Shown in pieces: positions 7,418-15,816 of a DNA stretch of 32,000 nucleotides. The notes under the pieces were generated by a model. That model saw nothing but the letters and a program-made list of their open reading frames with translations, was not told the DNA's origin and did no database searches. The DNA lies in assembly GCF_003945235.1 (NCBI RefSeq), contig NZ_RSDW01000001.1:3120001-3152000 (forward strand), given 5' to 3'. Positions within the stretch are counted from its first letter, which is position 1. Each line of letters starts with the position of its first letter. The position numbers and the translations under genes were made by a program. This DNA comes from Edaphobacter aggregans (GTDB taxonomy: Bacteria; Acidobacteriota; Terriglobia; Terriglobales; Acidobacteriaceae).

Positions 7418-9499
7418 CTACATATTCTTCGGCAAGCCTTTCTGAGGAAGCATATGCGGAGCCACCACCGCCCGCGGTGGTATTGGCTCCGGAGGAAGCG
7501 GTATCCGCTTCAGCACCGGTAGCGCAGGCATCCCGAACGTCGGAAACAAATCCGTCGTTCCCCAGTCATGCGCTCGCGCCGCATCCGTCAGCACCTTGTA
7601 CGGCGAAAACCACGCAGGCCCCGTCGGTGTCATGCCATTCCAGCAAATCACCGTAGAGATACCCGCCGTCTCAAAGTGCACTCCATTCTGACTCGTCGTC
7701 AAACTCCCCCCCTTATCCCCAGCAAAAAGATGATTCGCCGCGTCCACCGTAAACACATCGTCAAACCCATGGAACCCATGCGCATCCGGCCCCGTAATCG
7801 TAGCCGTCGCAGCCGACGCATTCGCCATCCACGTCTGCAGCGTTGCCACACTCATCATCGGATTGTTGAACGTCACGCTCAGCGCCGCCAGCACGCGCGC
7901 AACATCGGTCGCAGCAGCAGAGATCCCGCCTCCACCACCGCAGTTCTCCAGATTCCACTCTCCATACCCCAGCGCACACAGCGGCTGTCCCGTCGCCATC
8001 ACGCTCGGCAGCGCCGTCAGCGGGCGCGAATGATACCGTGCTTCATCACCCAGTTGCGCCGAAGCTACCGTAACCGCCGACCGCACCCGTGTAATGTTCA
8101 GCTTGTTCAGAAACGTCGCCATGCCTGCCATATAGCTGGCTGCTCCACGCATCCGCGCCACCACAAGCCCCAGCAGCATATACCCCGCATTGCTGTAAGT
8201 CCCCTTCGTCTTGTCTCCCGGAGTATTCGTCACCGTTTGCCGATACAGCCACTGCGCCATCTGCAGCGCGCTCACCGGCAGCGTCGCCGACACATTCGGA
8301 TCGGTACCCAGAATCCCCGACGTAACCCCGCTCGTCATCTCCAGCAAATGCCGAATCGTAATGTCGTTCCAATGCGCCATGGCCGGCCCATTCGCAATAT
8401 TCGGCAGCGCGTCCTTCAGCAGCGTGTCCAGCACAAACGCCGTGTTCGTCCCCGGCAGCTTCGCTCCTTCATCAATCAGTTGATAAATAGCCGCCGCCGT
8501 AAACATCTTCGACACACTCGCCTGCCGGAAGAACGTAGTCGGTTGAACATCGGGATACCCCGGCTCGGCAATCGTGTACCCCCGCGCATACACCAGCCGC
8601 GTCCCACTCACAATCGCCAGCGAAGCCCCGCGAATCATATTCGCCGTCATCACTGCTTCCATCGCAGTATCAATCGCAGCCACTGCGGCGGACCCAGCCG
8701 GTCCATTGATCCGCAACGTCCGCGCATCGCCATCCTCACGATCGGCAAAGATCGCGCTGAACCTCGCCGCGCTGCCCGTTCCCTTCGCACTCACCCGCAC
8801 CGGCCGCAGCCCTTGCGGATAAAGCGTATTGAACTTCGTCTGATAGTCCGCGCTCGTCATCCCATCCCACGCCTGCCACGCCACGTCCTCGCTGTCGTCG
8901 TACATCATTAGGTCCCCAACGTCCGGAGTCGCCGCAACATTCACAGGCCGTCCAAACCCCGACACCAGGGCATTAAACCGCGCCTGCACCGTCGCATAGT
9001 TGTCATCGATCCCATCACAGTTCCACGCCCGACTGTCCTTATTCGCCACCCAAACACCGATATAGCGCAGATCACCCGGATTCCCATAAACATCCGCCCA
9101 TCGCAGAATGTTCCCCGCCGCCATCTGCGACTGGTTCAGCGTATTGAAGTCCGCCGCCAGCAAACCATGGCGCGTTAGCGGAATCGATCCCGTCTGAATA
9201 AAACAAGCCGCGAACAGGGGATTGTTCGCTGGCCCCGTCGCCGTAACAATCTCAGGCCCCCACCCCTGCGCCGCCATGCTGTTGAACTTCGCCTGCCACG
9301 TAGCCGCATCCATCCCAAAGAACTGCTGTTCCGCGACCACCACGGCCCGCTTGACCATCGAAGCCGCATATCGCGGATCGTTCCGATCGCCGTAAACGCA
9401 CAACGAAATCGTGCGATACCCAGCGGCAGCAGCGTTGTTCAGTTGTATTTGATGATCCGCAGACGTGCGGTCATGCCACGCAACGATGTCCAGAGCCAT
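7418..9499 (-). CDS. Serine hydrolase of the beta-lactamase/PBP (class C-like) fold with an N-terminal array of five ~47-aa repeats; no signal peptide
   Basis: SxxK motif in FFRQASVSKMFTAAAIYQLIDEG, with YSNAGY downstream (the Y-x-N element). N-terminal repeats of pattern W....(T/S)..dyQ..FN.l...G.RP, e.g. SADHQIQLNNAAAAGYR, DAATWQAKFNSMAAQGWGP, TSADYQTKFNTLYPQGLRP. An in-frame TAA lies 4 codons upstream of the ATG. Confidence 0.85.
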   Translation of the reverse strand: MALDIVAWHDRTSADHQIQLNNAAAAGYRTISLCVYGDRNDPRYAASMVKRAVVVAEQQFFGMDAATWQAKFNSMAAQGWGPEIVTATGPANNPLFAACFIQTGSIPLTRHGLLAADFNTLNQSQMAAGNILRWADVYGNPGDLRYIGVWVANKDSRAWNCDGIDDNYATVQARFNALVSGFGRPVNVAATPDVGDLMMYDDSEDVAWQAWDGMTSADYQTKFNTLYPQGLRPVRVSAKGTGSAARFSAIFADREDGDARTLRINGPAGSAAVAAIDTAMEAVMTANMIRGASLAIVSGTRLVYARGYTIAEPGYPDVQPTTFFRQASVSKMFTAAAIYQLIDEGAKLPGTNTAFVLDTLLKDALPNIANGPAMAHWNDITIRHLLEMTSGVTSGILGTDPNVSATLPVSALQMAQWLYRQTVTNTPGDKTKGTYSNAGYMLLGLVVARMRGAASYMAGMATFLNKLNITRVRSAVTVASAQLGDEARYHSRPLTALPSVMATGQPLCALGYGEWNLENCGGGGGISAAATDVARVLAALSVTFNNPMMSVATLQTWMANASAATATITGPDAHGFHGFDDVFTVDAANHLFAGDKGGSLTTSQNGVHFETAGISTVICWNGMTPTGPAWFSPYKVLTDAARAHDWGTTDLFPTFGMPALPVLKRIPLPPEPIPPRAVVAPHMLPQKGLPKNM

Positions 9500-9641
9500 A
9501 GCATTCCATCCTTATCTCGGAAAAGATTCAGATCAGCAGGGCCCATCAACAAAATCGTTCGCCTATCCTAATCCTCTTTCGGCCCACCCGAAAATAAAGT
9601 CGGGAAAAGTGCCGATTTCTAGACGGTCGAATTGCGACCAT

Positions 9642-9769
9642 CCGCTAACCATCAATCACCACAACTCCACCACACTTGCCGCGCAAAAAACCACATCCTG
9701 CACACCACTTTTCCCAAAAACCCCAGCAAAAACCACAAAATCACCACGCCAAAAAAAGCACAAAAAAAG
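9642..9769 (-). repeat. GTGG-phased intergenic element, copy A (reads G/T-rich on the minus strand)
   Basis: The minus-strand sequence TTTTTTTGGCGTGGTGATTTTGTGGTTTTTGCTGGGGTTTTTGGGAAAAGTGGTG...GGCAAGTGTGGTGGAGTTGTGGTGATTGATGGTTAGCGG aligns by eye along its length with 12395-12526 on the plus strand. Confidence 0.7.
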
Positions 9770-9790
9770 ATGGCCGAATTCTCGGCCATC
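9755..9790 (-). terminator. Rho-independent terminator of the GH5 cellulase gene
   Basis: Perfect palindrome GATGGCCGA-ATTC-TCGGCCATC (9769-9790). On the minus strand it is followed by T7-GTGC-T7. Located 22 nt after the stop codon. Confidence 0.85.
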
Positions 9791-9811
9791 CCCCTTAAAA
9801 ATCCGTCAAAA

Positions 9812-11455
9812 CTACCCGCACAAACTCCCATTCAAATAGAACTTCACCGGCCGCCGATTCACCCCGCGATAACTCGACTGAAACGAGATCCCCGCCAACC
9901 GCCCGCCCGCCGGAATCACCCCATTCTCACCCGTATTGCTCATCATCACCATATCCCCGCGCTGCGCAACCCGCGCGTTACGCGCCTGCCCTATCTCCTG
10001 GCTGTCCGTATACAACCAAAGCAACGTCCACCCTTCAATCGCCTTATCCCCAGTGTTCGCAATCTCAATCGTCCCGGTAAAGCCATCACGCGACTCATTC
10101 CTGCTCCGATACGAAACATGGCAAGCCTCACTCCGCCTCTCCCGCCCCGCCATAGGAGACACCACCCGCGCCACCACAGCCTCTGCCGCGACAGCAGGCA
10201 CCGCTGGCGACATAATGCTCGCCAACATCTCCTGCTTCAACACATTCGCTGCAGCATCATAATGCGCATTCAGCAGCCCGTTCGCATCCTCGCCATTCAG
10301 CGCCCATGAGGTCCAGCTCAACTCCTGATGCTTGCCAAGAAACTGCACCAAACTCTGAAACCACTGCCCCTCCGACCCCGGTACATTCCCACGAATATCT
10401 TCGGTTTTATTCGTCGTCCCAAACTCCCCCACCCACACCGGAGCAATTCCGCTCAGGCTCACATACGCCCAATGCTTCACCCACACAGCCTCAAGACTGG
10501 CCGCAGTAGTGTTCGTGTTGAACCACTTCTGCGCATACTCATTCGGACCATACGTATGCGGCGAATAAACCAGTTGATTCGCCACCTTCAACCGCACCGG
10601 CGAGCGTCGCACACCCTCCAGATTCCCGCCCCACCAGTAAGAATCATTGTCATAAGCATCCACGCCCTCAACAAACACAATCAGCCGCGGATTCACCCGC
10701 AAAACCGCATTGCCACCGCGCTCCGCAGCCTGATGCCAGTCACGTTCTCCACCGCAGTCCCAGCACGCTCCGCCGCTATTTGCATTATGCGGTTCATTCC
10801 GCAGATCAACTCCTACAACCGTCGAGTTGCCCGCATACCGCCGCACCAGACTCTCCCAATCTCCAATCCACGCTGATTCGGGATACTCGTTCGTGTACCA
10901 AAGCCCACTTTGCTCCGCACTGTCACCCGCTTCCGACCGGTGATTATCAAGAATCACCTTCAATCCCAACGTCCCCGCATACTCGACAATCCGGTCCAAA
11001 ATCTCAAGCGAACTCAGCCCTCGCAGATCTGTGTTGATTGTGCCCTGTTCATTTTCAAATCCAATGTTCTTCGGAACCACCGGCCGCTCTATCATCTGGT
11101 TTGACAGGGGAATTCGTACCGTATTGAATCCATTACGCTTAATCGTCTGTAGAATAGTCCGGTAATCCTGCACCGTCAGCCCACCTGGTACCTGTCGCAC
11201 TGTCTCAAATCCGTACCAGTTGATTCCCTCAATTCGCACTGGCTGGTTTCGTTCGTCCAGAATTTGGTTCCCGCTCGTGTGCCAGTACCCGGTATCAGGA
11301 GCGCGCATTGCAGCCAGAACAACGCGATGTTTCGGTGCTGGAATCGCTTGATGCGTAGCAACGCGAATGATTGGGTGGGTAAATGTCTGAAATGGCGTGA
11401 TGATCAAAGCGAAGAGGGGACAGACAGCCAAAAAGAAAGAAAGGATACCGTTCAT
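9812..11455 (-). CDS. Secreted GH5 endoglucanase (cellulase) with C-terminal CBM2-like carbohydrate-binding module
   Basis: GH5 signatures NGFNTVRIPLS, VILDNHR, acid/base VDLRNEPH and nucleophile VWVGEFG. The C-terminal ~100 aa are bounded by Cys...Cys (CHVSYRS...FYLNGSLCG), as in CBM2. N-terminal hydrophobic signal or anchor. I prefer the ATG at 11455 (GGAGA 6 nt upstream) over the TTG at 11473. Confidence 0.9.
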   Translation of the reverse strand: MNGILSFFLAVCPLFALIITPFQTFTHPIIRVATHQAIPAPKHRVVLAAMRAPDTGYWHTSGNQILDERNQPVRIEGINWYGFETVRQVPGGLTVQDYRTILQTIKRNGFNTVRIPLSNQMIERPVVPKNIGFENEQGTINTDLRGLSSLEILDRIVEYAGTLGLKVILDNHRSEAGDSAEQSGLWYTNEYPESAWIGDWESLVRRYAGNSTVVGVDLRNEPHNANSGGACWDCGGERDWHQAAERGGNAVLRVNPRLIVFVEGVDAYDNDSYWWGGNLEGVRRSPVRLKVANQLVYSPHTYGPNEYAQKWFNTNTTAASLEAVWVKHWAYVSLSGIAPVWVGEFGTTNKTEDIRGNVPGSEGQWFQSLVQFLGKHQELSWTSWALNGEDANGLLNAHYDAAANVLKQEMLASIMSPAVPAVAAEAVVARVVSPMAGRERRSEACHVSYRSRNESRDGFTGTIEIANTGDKAIEGWTLLWLYTDSQEIGQARNARVAQRGDMVMMSNTGENGVIPAGGRLAGISFQSSYRGVNRRPVKFYLNGSLCG

Positions 11456-11798
11456 CAAAGTTCTCCGTTTCAACGACTTACATGCTTCAAGGTCAGAAAA
11501 CGATCGCGAACTTTGCCAAAGTAACCATCTATGGCAATTGATTTGCTACTAAATCAAACTACAAGAGCTACTTAGCTGGTAACCAGCCATAATGTTAAAG
11601 TAATCATTAAAATGTTACTTTCGGCAAGATAAAAGGTGACTATAACGTTTTTTATTTTTTTAGGTTCCGGAGACAGGCACTTAGCGGCCTCGGCCCCCGC
11701 TTCCGTAACCTCTCGTTTGTCAAGAGAGGCAGCTTTCTTGTAAGCCATCCCGCTTGCTCCAGGGGTGATCTAAACCCCGCGCTACAATCGTTCGAAGA

Positions 11799-12392
11799 AT
11801 GATTGCTCACCTGCGTGGCCGTTTAATCTCAAAAAATCCGAATCAGGCTATCGTTGATTGCGGCGGCGTCGGATATGACGTAACTATCAGCGTTGCAACG
11901 TTTTCCGAGTTGCCTGCGGAGGGTGTCGAGGCCTCGTTGTACATACACACGCATGTGCGGGAGGATCAGATCTCCCTGTTTGGTTTTTCGGATACGCGGG
12001 AGAAGCGGTTGTTCGAAAAGCTGCTTAGTATCAGCGGAATAGGGCCAAAATTGGCCATCACGATACTCAGTGGGATTTCAGCAGAACGGCTGGTGGTGGC
12101 GATTCGGGGTGGGGATCATGGGACGCTGACAAGAATTCCGGGGATTGGGAAGAAGACGGCAGAGCGTATCGTGCTGGAAATAAAGGATAAATTGGATGAT
12201 TTGGCGGTGCCGGTGAGTGGTGGCGGGGCGCATCATGGGCCGGCTGCGGAGGATGCGCTTTCGGCACTGGTGAATCTTGGGTATCCGCGGCCTGTGGCGC
12301 AGAAGGCGATTGAGACGGCGATCGAGCGAAACGCTGCGGCTGGAGCGGACTTTGAGACCCTCTTTCGGGCGGCTATGGCGGCGATCCGGTAG
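11799..12392 (+). CDS. ruvA: Holliday junction branch migration complex subunit RuvA
   Basis: MIAHLRGRLISKNPNQAIVDCGGVGYDVTIS is the canonical RuvA N-terminus. HhH motifs are SISGIGPKLA and RIPGIGKKTAERI. The C-terminal domain III has ALVNLGY. Confidence 0.95.
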   Translation: MIAHLRGRLISKNPNQAIVDCGGVGYDVTISVATFSELPAEGVEASLYIHTHVREDQISLFGFSDTREKRLFEKLLSISGIGPKLAITILSGISAERLVVAIRGGDHGTLTRIPGIGKKTAERIVLEIKDKLDDLAVPVSGGGAHHGPAAEDALSALVNLGYPRPVAQKAIETAIERNAAAGADFETLFRAAMAAIR

Positions 12393-12394
12393 GA

Positions 12395-12526
12395 TTTGTG
12401 GCGCGTTTTTTTTGACGTGGTGGATTGGTGGTTTTTCGGGGATTTTCGTGAAAAACGGGTGGTACTAAGCGGTAAAAAGTGTGGCAAGCGTGGTTAAAAG
12501 GTGGCAATTGGTGGTTTGCTAACGGC
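12395..12526 (+). repeat. GTGG-phased intergenic element, copy B (reads G/T-rich on the plus strand)
   Basis: TTTGTGGCGCG-T8-GACGTGGTGGATTGGTGGTTTTTCGGGGATTTTCGTGAAAAACGGGTGG...GTGGCAAGCGTGGTTAAAAGGTGGCAATTGGTGGTTTGCTAACGG. GTGG occurs at 12481, 12490, 12501 and 12511, spaced 9-11 bp. Homologous to copy A in inverted orientation. Confidence 0.7.
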
Positions 12527-12542
12527 GCTTAGAGTGACTTGC

Positions 12543-13805
12543 TTACGGCTCCCGCGGAGGGTCCAGGTTCGGCAGGAAGCCAGTGAGCAGCCCAATGGCC
12601 GGCAGGTAAGAGCAGACGTGGTAGACGAAGGCGATGCTTGTCGCGTCGGCTAGCTTGCCGAGTACTGCAGCGCCGATTCCGCCCATGCCGAAGGCGAAGC
12701 CAAAGAAGAGGCCGGAGACGGTTCCTACGCGGCCGGGCAGGAGGTCCTGCGCGTAGACCAGGATGGCCGAGAAGGCTGACGAGATGACGAACCCGATAAT
12801 GACGCTTAGCACGCCGGTCCAGAAGAGGTTCGCAAAAGGCAGGACGAGGGTGAACGGCAGGACGCCGAGGATGGAGATCCAGATGACCAGCTTGCGTCCG
12901 TAGCGGTCGCCTACGGAGCCTCCGATGAGAGTGCCAGCGGCGACTGCGCCGAGGAAGAGGAAGAGCAGAATCTGGGAGGTGCGGACCGATACCTGGAAGC
13001 GATTGATCAGGTAGAAGGTGTAGTAGCTGCTGAGGCTGGCGAGGTAGAAGTACTTGGAGAAGACGAGCGCGAGCAGGACGGCAATTGCGCCGGTGACCTG
13101 GAGCTTCGAGAGCGAGTGATGCATGACGGCGGTGTTTGCACTTGTATGCGTCTGTGACTGTCGAGCTTTGTACCAACGACCCACGCGCAGCAGCACGGCG
13201 ATGCCGATGATGGCCGGAATTGCGAACCATGCCATGCCCTTTTGGCCTTGCGGCAGAACGATGAAGGCTGCGAGCAGCGGGCCTATGGCTGAGCCTGCAT
13301 TTCCGCCGACTTGAAAGAAGGATTGCGCGAAGCCGTGTTTGCCGCCCGAGGCCATGCGGGCGATGCGGGAGGACTCCGGGTGGAAGATGGCCGAGCCTAC
13401 GCCGACGAGCGAGGCGGCGAAGAGCAGCCATCCGAAGGTAGGGGCGAAGGCCAGCAGGATGAGACCAGCCAGTGTGAAGGTCATGCCGATAGGCAGGGAG
13501 TAGGCAACGGGTCTGCCATCGGTGAAGCGGCCAATCAGCGGTTGGAGCAGCGAGGCGACGACCTGATAGGTGAGGGTGAGGAATCCGAGGTGAGTGAAGT
13601 TGAGATGAAACGAACTCTTCAGGATCGGATAGATCGAAGGCAGCAGCGACTGCACCATATCGTTGAGCATGTGGCAGAAGCTGACTGCGGCCAGCACGCG
13701 AAAGAGGTTGCGGGAGGAGTCGTTGAGGGGTGGCGCTTTGTGCTCAGGCGCGATATCGATTGGGTCGGCGGCAGGGAGGGTCGCGGTGAAAGTGGTTTCG
13801 CTCAT
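12543..13805 (-). CDS. fsr: MFS transporter, Fsr (fosmidomycin-resistance protein)-like family
   Basis: 420 aa with about 12 TM segments. The motifs FCHMLNDMVQSLLPSIYPILK and IFHPESSRIARMASGGKHGFAQSFFQVGGN match what I recall of the Fsr subfamily. Confidence 0.8.
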   Translation of the reverse strand: MSETTFTATLPAADPIDIAPEHKAPPLNDSSRNLFRVLAAVSFCHMLNDMVQSLLPSIYPILKSSFHLNFTHLGFLTLTYQVVASLLQPLIGRFTDGRPVAYSLPIGMTFTLAGLILLAFAPTFGWLLFAASLVGVGSAIFHPESSRIARMASGGKHGFAQSFFQVGGNAGSAIGPLLAAFIVLPQGQKGMAWFAIPAIIGIAVLLRVGRWYKARQSQTHTSANTAVMHHSLSKLQVTGAIAVLLALVFSKYFYLASLSSYYTFYLINRFQVSVRTSQILLFLFLGAVAAGTLIGGSVGDRYGRKLVIWISILGVLPFTLVLPFANLFWTGVLSVIIGFVISSAFSAILVYAQDLLPGRVGTVSGLFFGFAFGMGGIGAAVLGKLADATSIAFVYHVCSYLPAIGLLTGFLPNLDPPREP

Positions 13806-14020
13806 GGGGAGTCACTTCTAGTTTACTTCCCACGTGGTCGCTTGCATGGCAAAGAGTATCGCGGTGATGGGTATGTCGAGCAGAACCACCATGTGACACA
13901 GGTGTGTGAGGGTGCGGGGAAAAAGTACCGCAAGCGATGGACTTCCATGGGCAGGTTCCGGTGATGTGGACTGTATGCTCAGCTGACGGATGGAAGTAAG
14001 TAAGGGGGTTAATGTCGAAG

Positions 14021-14054
14021 TAGTCGGCCATTCGGGATTCCGGATGGCCGACTA
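14021..14054 (-). terminator. Stem-loop downstream of the blaR1-like gene (terminator-like, no U-tract)
   Basis: 11-bp perfect stem TAGTCGGCCAT (14021-14031) / ATGGCCGACTA (14044-14054) with a 12-nt loop. Located about 33 nt after the stop on the minus strand. No T-run on either side. Confidence 0.45.
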
Positions 14055-14086
14055 GATGGAGAGGTCACCCACTGGCTTCGGGCGAT

Positions 14087-15430
14087 CTAATTTCCAAGCG
14101 TGTAGGTCACGTTTATTGAGGTCTCGACTTCGATGGGATTCCCATTCAGAAGATAAGGTTTGTAGGTCCACTGTCGCACTGCGTCGAGCGACGATATACG
14201 AAGCTCTTTTGGGCCCGAAACGACTCTCAGTTCTCGAACGATCCCATCTTTGTCGATCACCGCGCCTAGCACGACAGTTCCTTGAATCTTCGCCTTTTTG
14301 GCTTCCTCTGGATACTCCGGATCGGGGCCGGACAATTTATTCCCAGCCATCACTTGAGCGGAGACTTTGACAGGCCCAGAGGATGATGACGGGGTGCCGC
14401 TGACAGCCGAGGCTGCCTCCACATGCGTGCTCAGCGCCAATGCTGATGCGCAAATCCCAATACCAAATGCAGCGCAAATGGCCACAATGACGAAGCGGCG
14501 CACACCTCGGATTTCGTTTTGTTTTCCAGTTAGCCTCATAAGTCTCCTTTCAAATGCGTTGGCATCGAAGATTCCGATGGCGTGAGGGGTTCTGATCGAC
14601 ATTCCCTCTACAAGCAGGGACGCCAACCGTAAGAGTGATCGAGCATATTCATTTCGCCCAGCGATTTCGGCTGCTATTTGGTCGCAAACTATCTCGCGAC
14701 TCTCCATGATCCGTTCGCGCGTGAACCGGAACAACGGATGGTAGCTCACAGGCAACGAGAGCAGTTCATAAATCAAGTTTTTGAGAAAGTCGTTCCGGTG
14801 CATGTGCGCGAACTCATGTGCGATCACCGTGTGGAGATCCGCCTCCGGCAAGCTAGTGTCGGCCATACATGCAGGCAGTAACACAAGCTTTTGCGATAGT
14901 CCCATCGTGAGAGGTCCGAAGATCCGGGCCGAAGTCGCAATCGATACGTTATTGATCCGAAATCTTTTCGAACACTGCTCCCAATAAATCGCGGCTTCGC
15001 CTGTAAGTGTCACCTCCACTGATTCCCGCCGCATTGCGGAGAGTTTGCTGCACCTCCAGGCAAATCTCGCTGCGAAATAAGAAATGATGGTGCCATACAC
15101 AATTGCGATTGCCGTAAGAAGCCCTGCAGACAGATGCAGCGCACCGCCCAATCCGGTCCCCGCACCCATCGTTACCGACACATGCGCTCCGCCGACCCGG
15201 TGAGCATTATGGGCCCAGAGGGGCAGCGAAAGCAGCCACTCCCATGACAAAGCAGAGCAAAGCGGAAGAAAACTTTGCAGTAACAGGACACTCACCCATA
15301 CACGATGCTCCGCCGTGGCAGCCATCGTTCTGAGCGTTCGTGCCGCAACGTACCCAGCAGCGAACAGCAATGGAATCTGCCACAAAGAATTCAGAAGATA
15401 GGACAAAATCCAAGATTCGAAGCTCCTCAT
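14087..15430 (-). CDS. BlaR1/MecR1-type M56 zinc-metallopeptidase signal transducer fused to a C-terminal TonB-C domain
   Basis: N-terminal multi-TM region. Zinc site HEFAHMHRNDF (HExxH). The C-terminus PDPEYPEEAKKAKIQGTVVLGAVIDKDGIVRELRVVSGP...AVRQWTYKPYLLNGNPIEV is the TonB C-terminal fold motif. Its start overlaps the blaI stop (ATGA). Confidence 0.85.
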   Translation of the reverse strand: MRSFESWILSYLLNSLWQIPLLFAAGYVAARTLRTMAATAEHRVWVSVLLLQSFLPLCSALSWEWLLSLPLWAHNAHRVGGAHVSVTMGAGTGLGGALHLSAGLLTAIAIVYGTIISYFAARFAWRCSKLSAMRRESVEVTLTGEAAIYWEQCSKRFRINNVSIATSARIFGPLTMGLSQKLVLLPACMADTSLPEADLHTVIAHEFAHMHRNDFLKNLIYELLSLPVSYHPLFRFTRERIMESREIVCDQIAAEIAGRNEYARSLLRLASLLVEGMSIRTPHAIGIFDANAFERRLMRLTGKQNEIRGVRRFVIVAICAAFGIGICASALALSTHVEAASAVSGTPSSSSGPVKVSAQVMAGNKLSGPDPEYPEEAKKAKIQGTVVLGAVIDKDGIVRELRVVSGPKELRISSLDAVRQWTYKPYLLNGNPIEVETSINVTYTLGN

Positions 15431-15807
15431 GGCTCGCCCGCCTCCGCGTTAAATCGTTTCGTCAACTTCGCCAGCTTTTTCGCATCGATCTGTCCATTCT
15501 TAAGAAGACTCATGACCAGTTCTTCGCTCGATCCGCCAAACATGCGATCAATCACGTCGCGCAGGCCCCAACCTAGCGCCTTGGCTTCAGTTACCTTTGC
15601 GGCGTAGACGTAGGCGCGACCTTGTAGCTCACGTTTGAGCTTTCCCTTACGCTCAAGAATGTTCAGCATGGTCTGTACGGTGGTGTAGGCCAATGGAGGC
15701 TCCAATTCTGCCTGCACAGCACTGACCGTACTGCTGCCACACCTCCAGATCACCTGCATGATTCTTAACTCAAGCTTTGTTAAGTCAGTTTTTTGAGGTT
15801 TCTTCAC
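15427..15807 (-). CDS. BlaI/MecI/CopY-family winged-helix transcriptional repressor
   Basis: 126 aa. LTKLELRIMQVIWRCGSSTVSAVQAELEPPLAYTTVQTMLNILERKGKLKRELQGRAYVY is the family's wHTH core. GTG start with GGAG upstream. 4-nt ATGA overlap with the downstream M56 gene. Confidence 0.9.
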   Translation of the reverse strand: MKKPQKTDLTKLELRIMQVIWRCGSSTVSAVQAELEPPLAYTTVQTMLNILERKGKLKRELQGRAYVYAAKVTEAKALGWGLRDVIDRMFGGSSEELVMSLLKNGQIDAKKLAKLTKRFNAEAGEP

Positions 15808-15816
15808 TAGAGCTAT

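Noticed and set aside
7568-8911. 447-aa plus-strand ORF inside the serine hydrolase gene
   Set aside because: The Arg/His/Pro-rich translation is typical of an antisense frame in high-GC DNA. The minus-strand frame carries the SxxK and YxN motifs.
11474-11798. Canonical oriC at the AT-rich polarity switch
   Set aside because: No TTATCCACA/TGTGGATAA-like DnaA boxes, even allowing one or two mismatches, are visible in or around the patch. There is no dnaA, dnaN or gidA nearby. It is kept only as a low-probability alternative in the findings.
12529-13431. 300-aa minus-strand ORF overlapping the Fsr-like transporter in another frame
   Set aside because: It gives an Arg/Pro/His-rich nonsense sequence. 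The alternative frame gives a complete 12-TM MFS protein.
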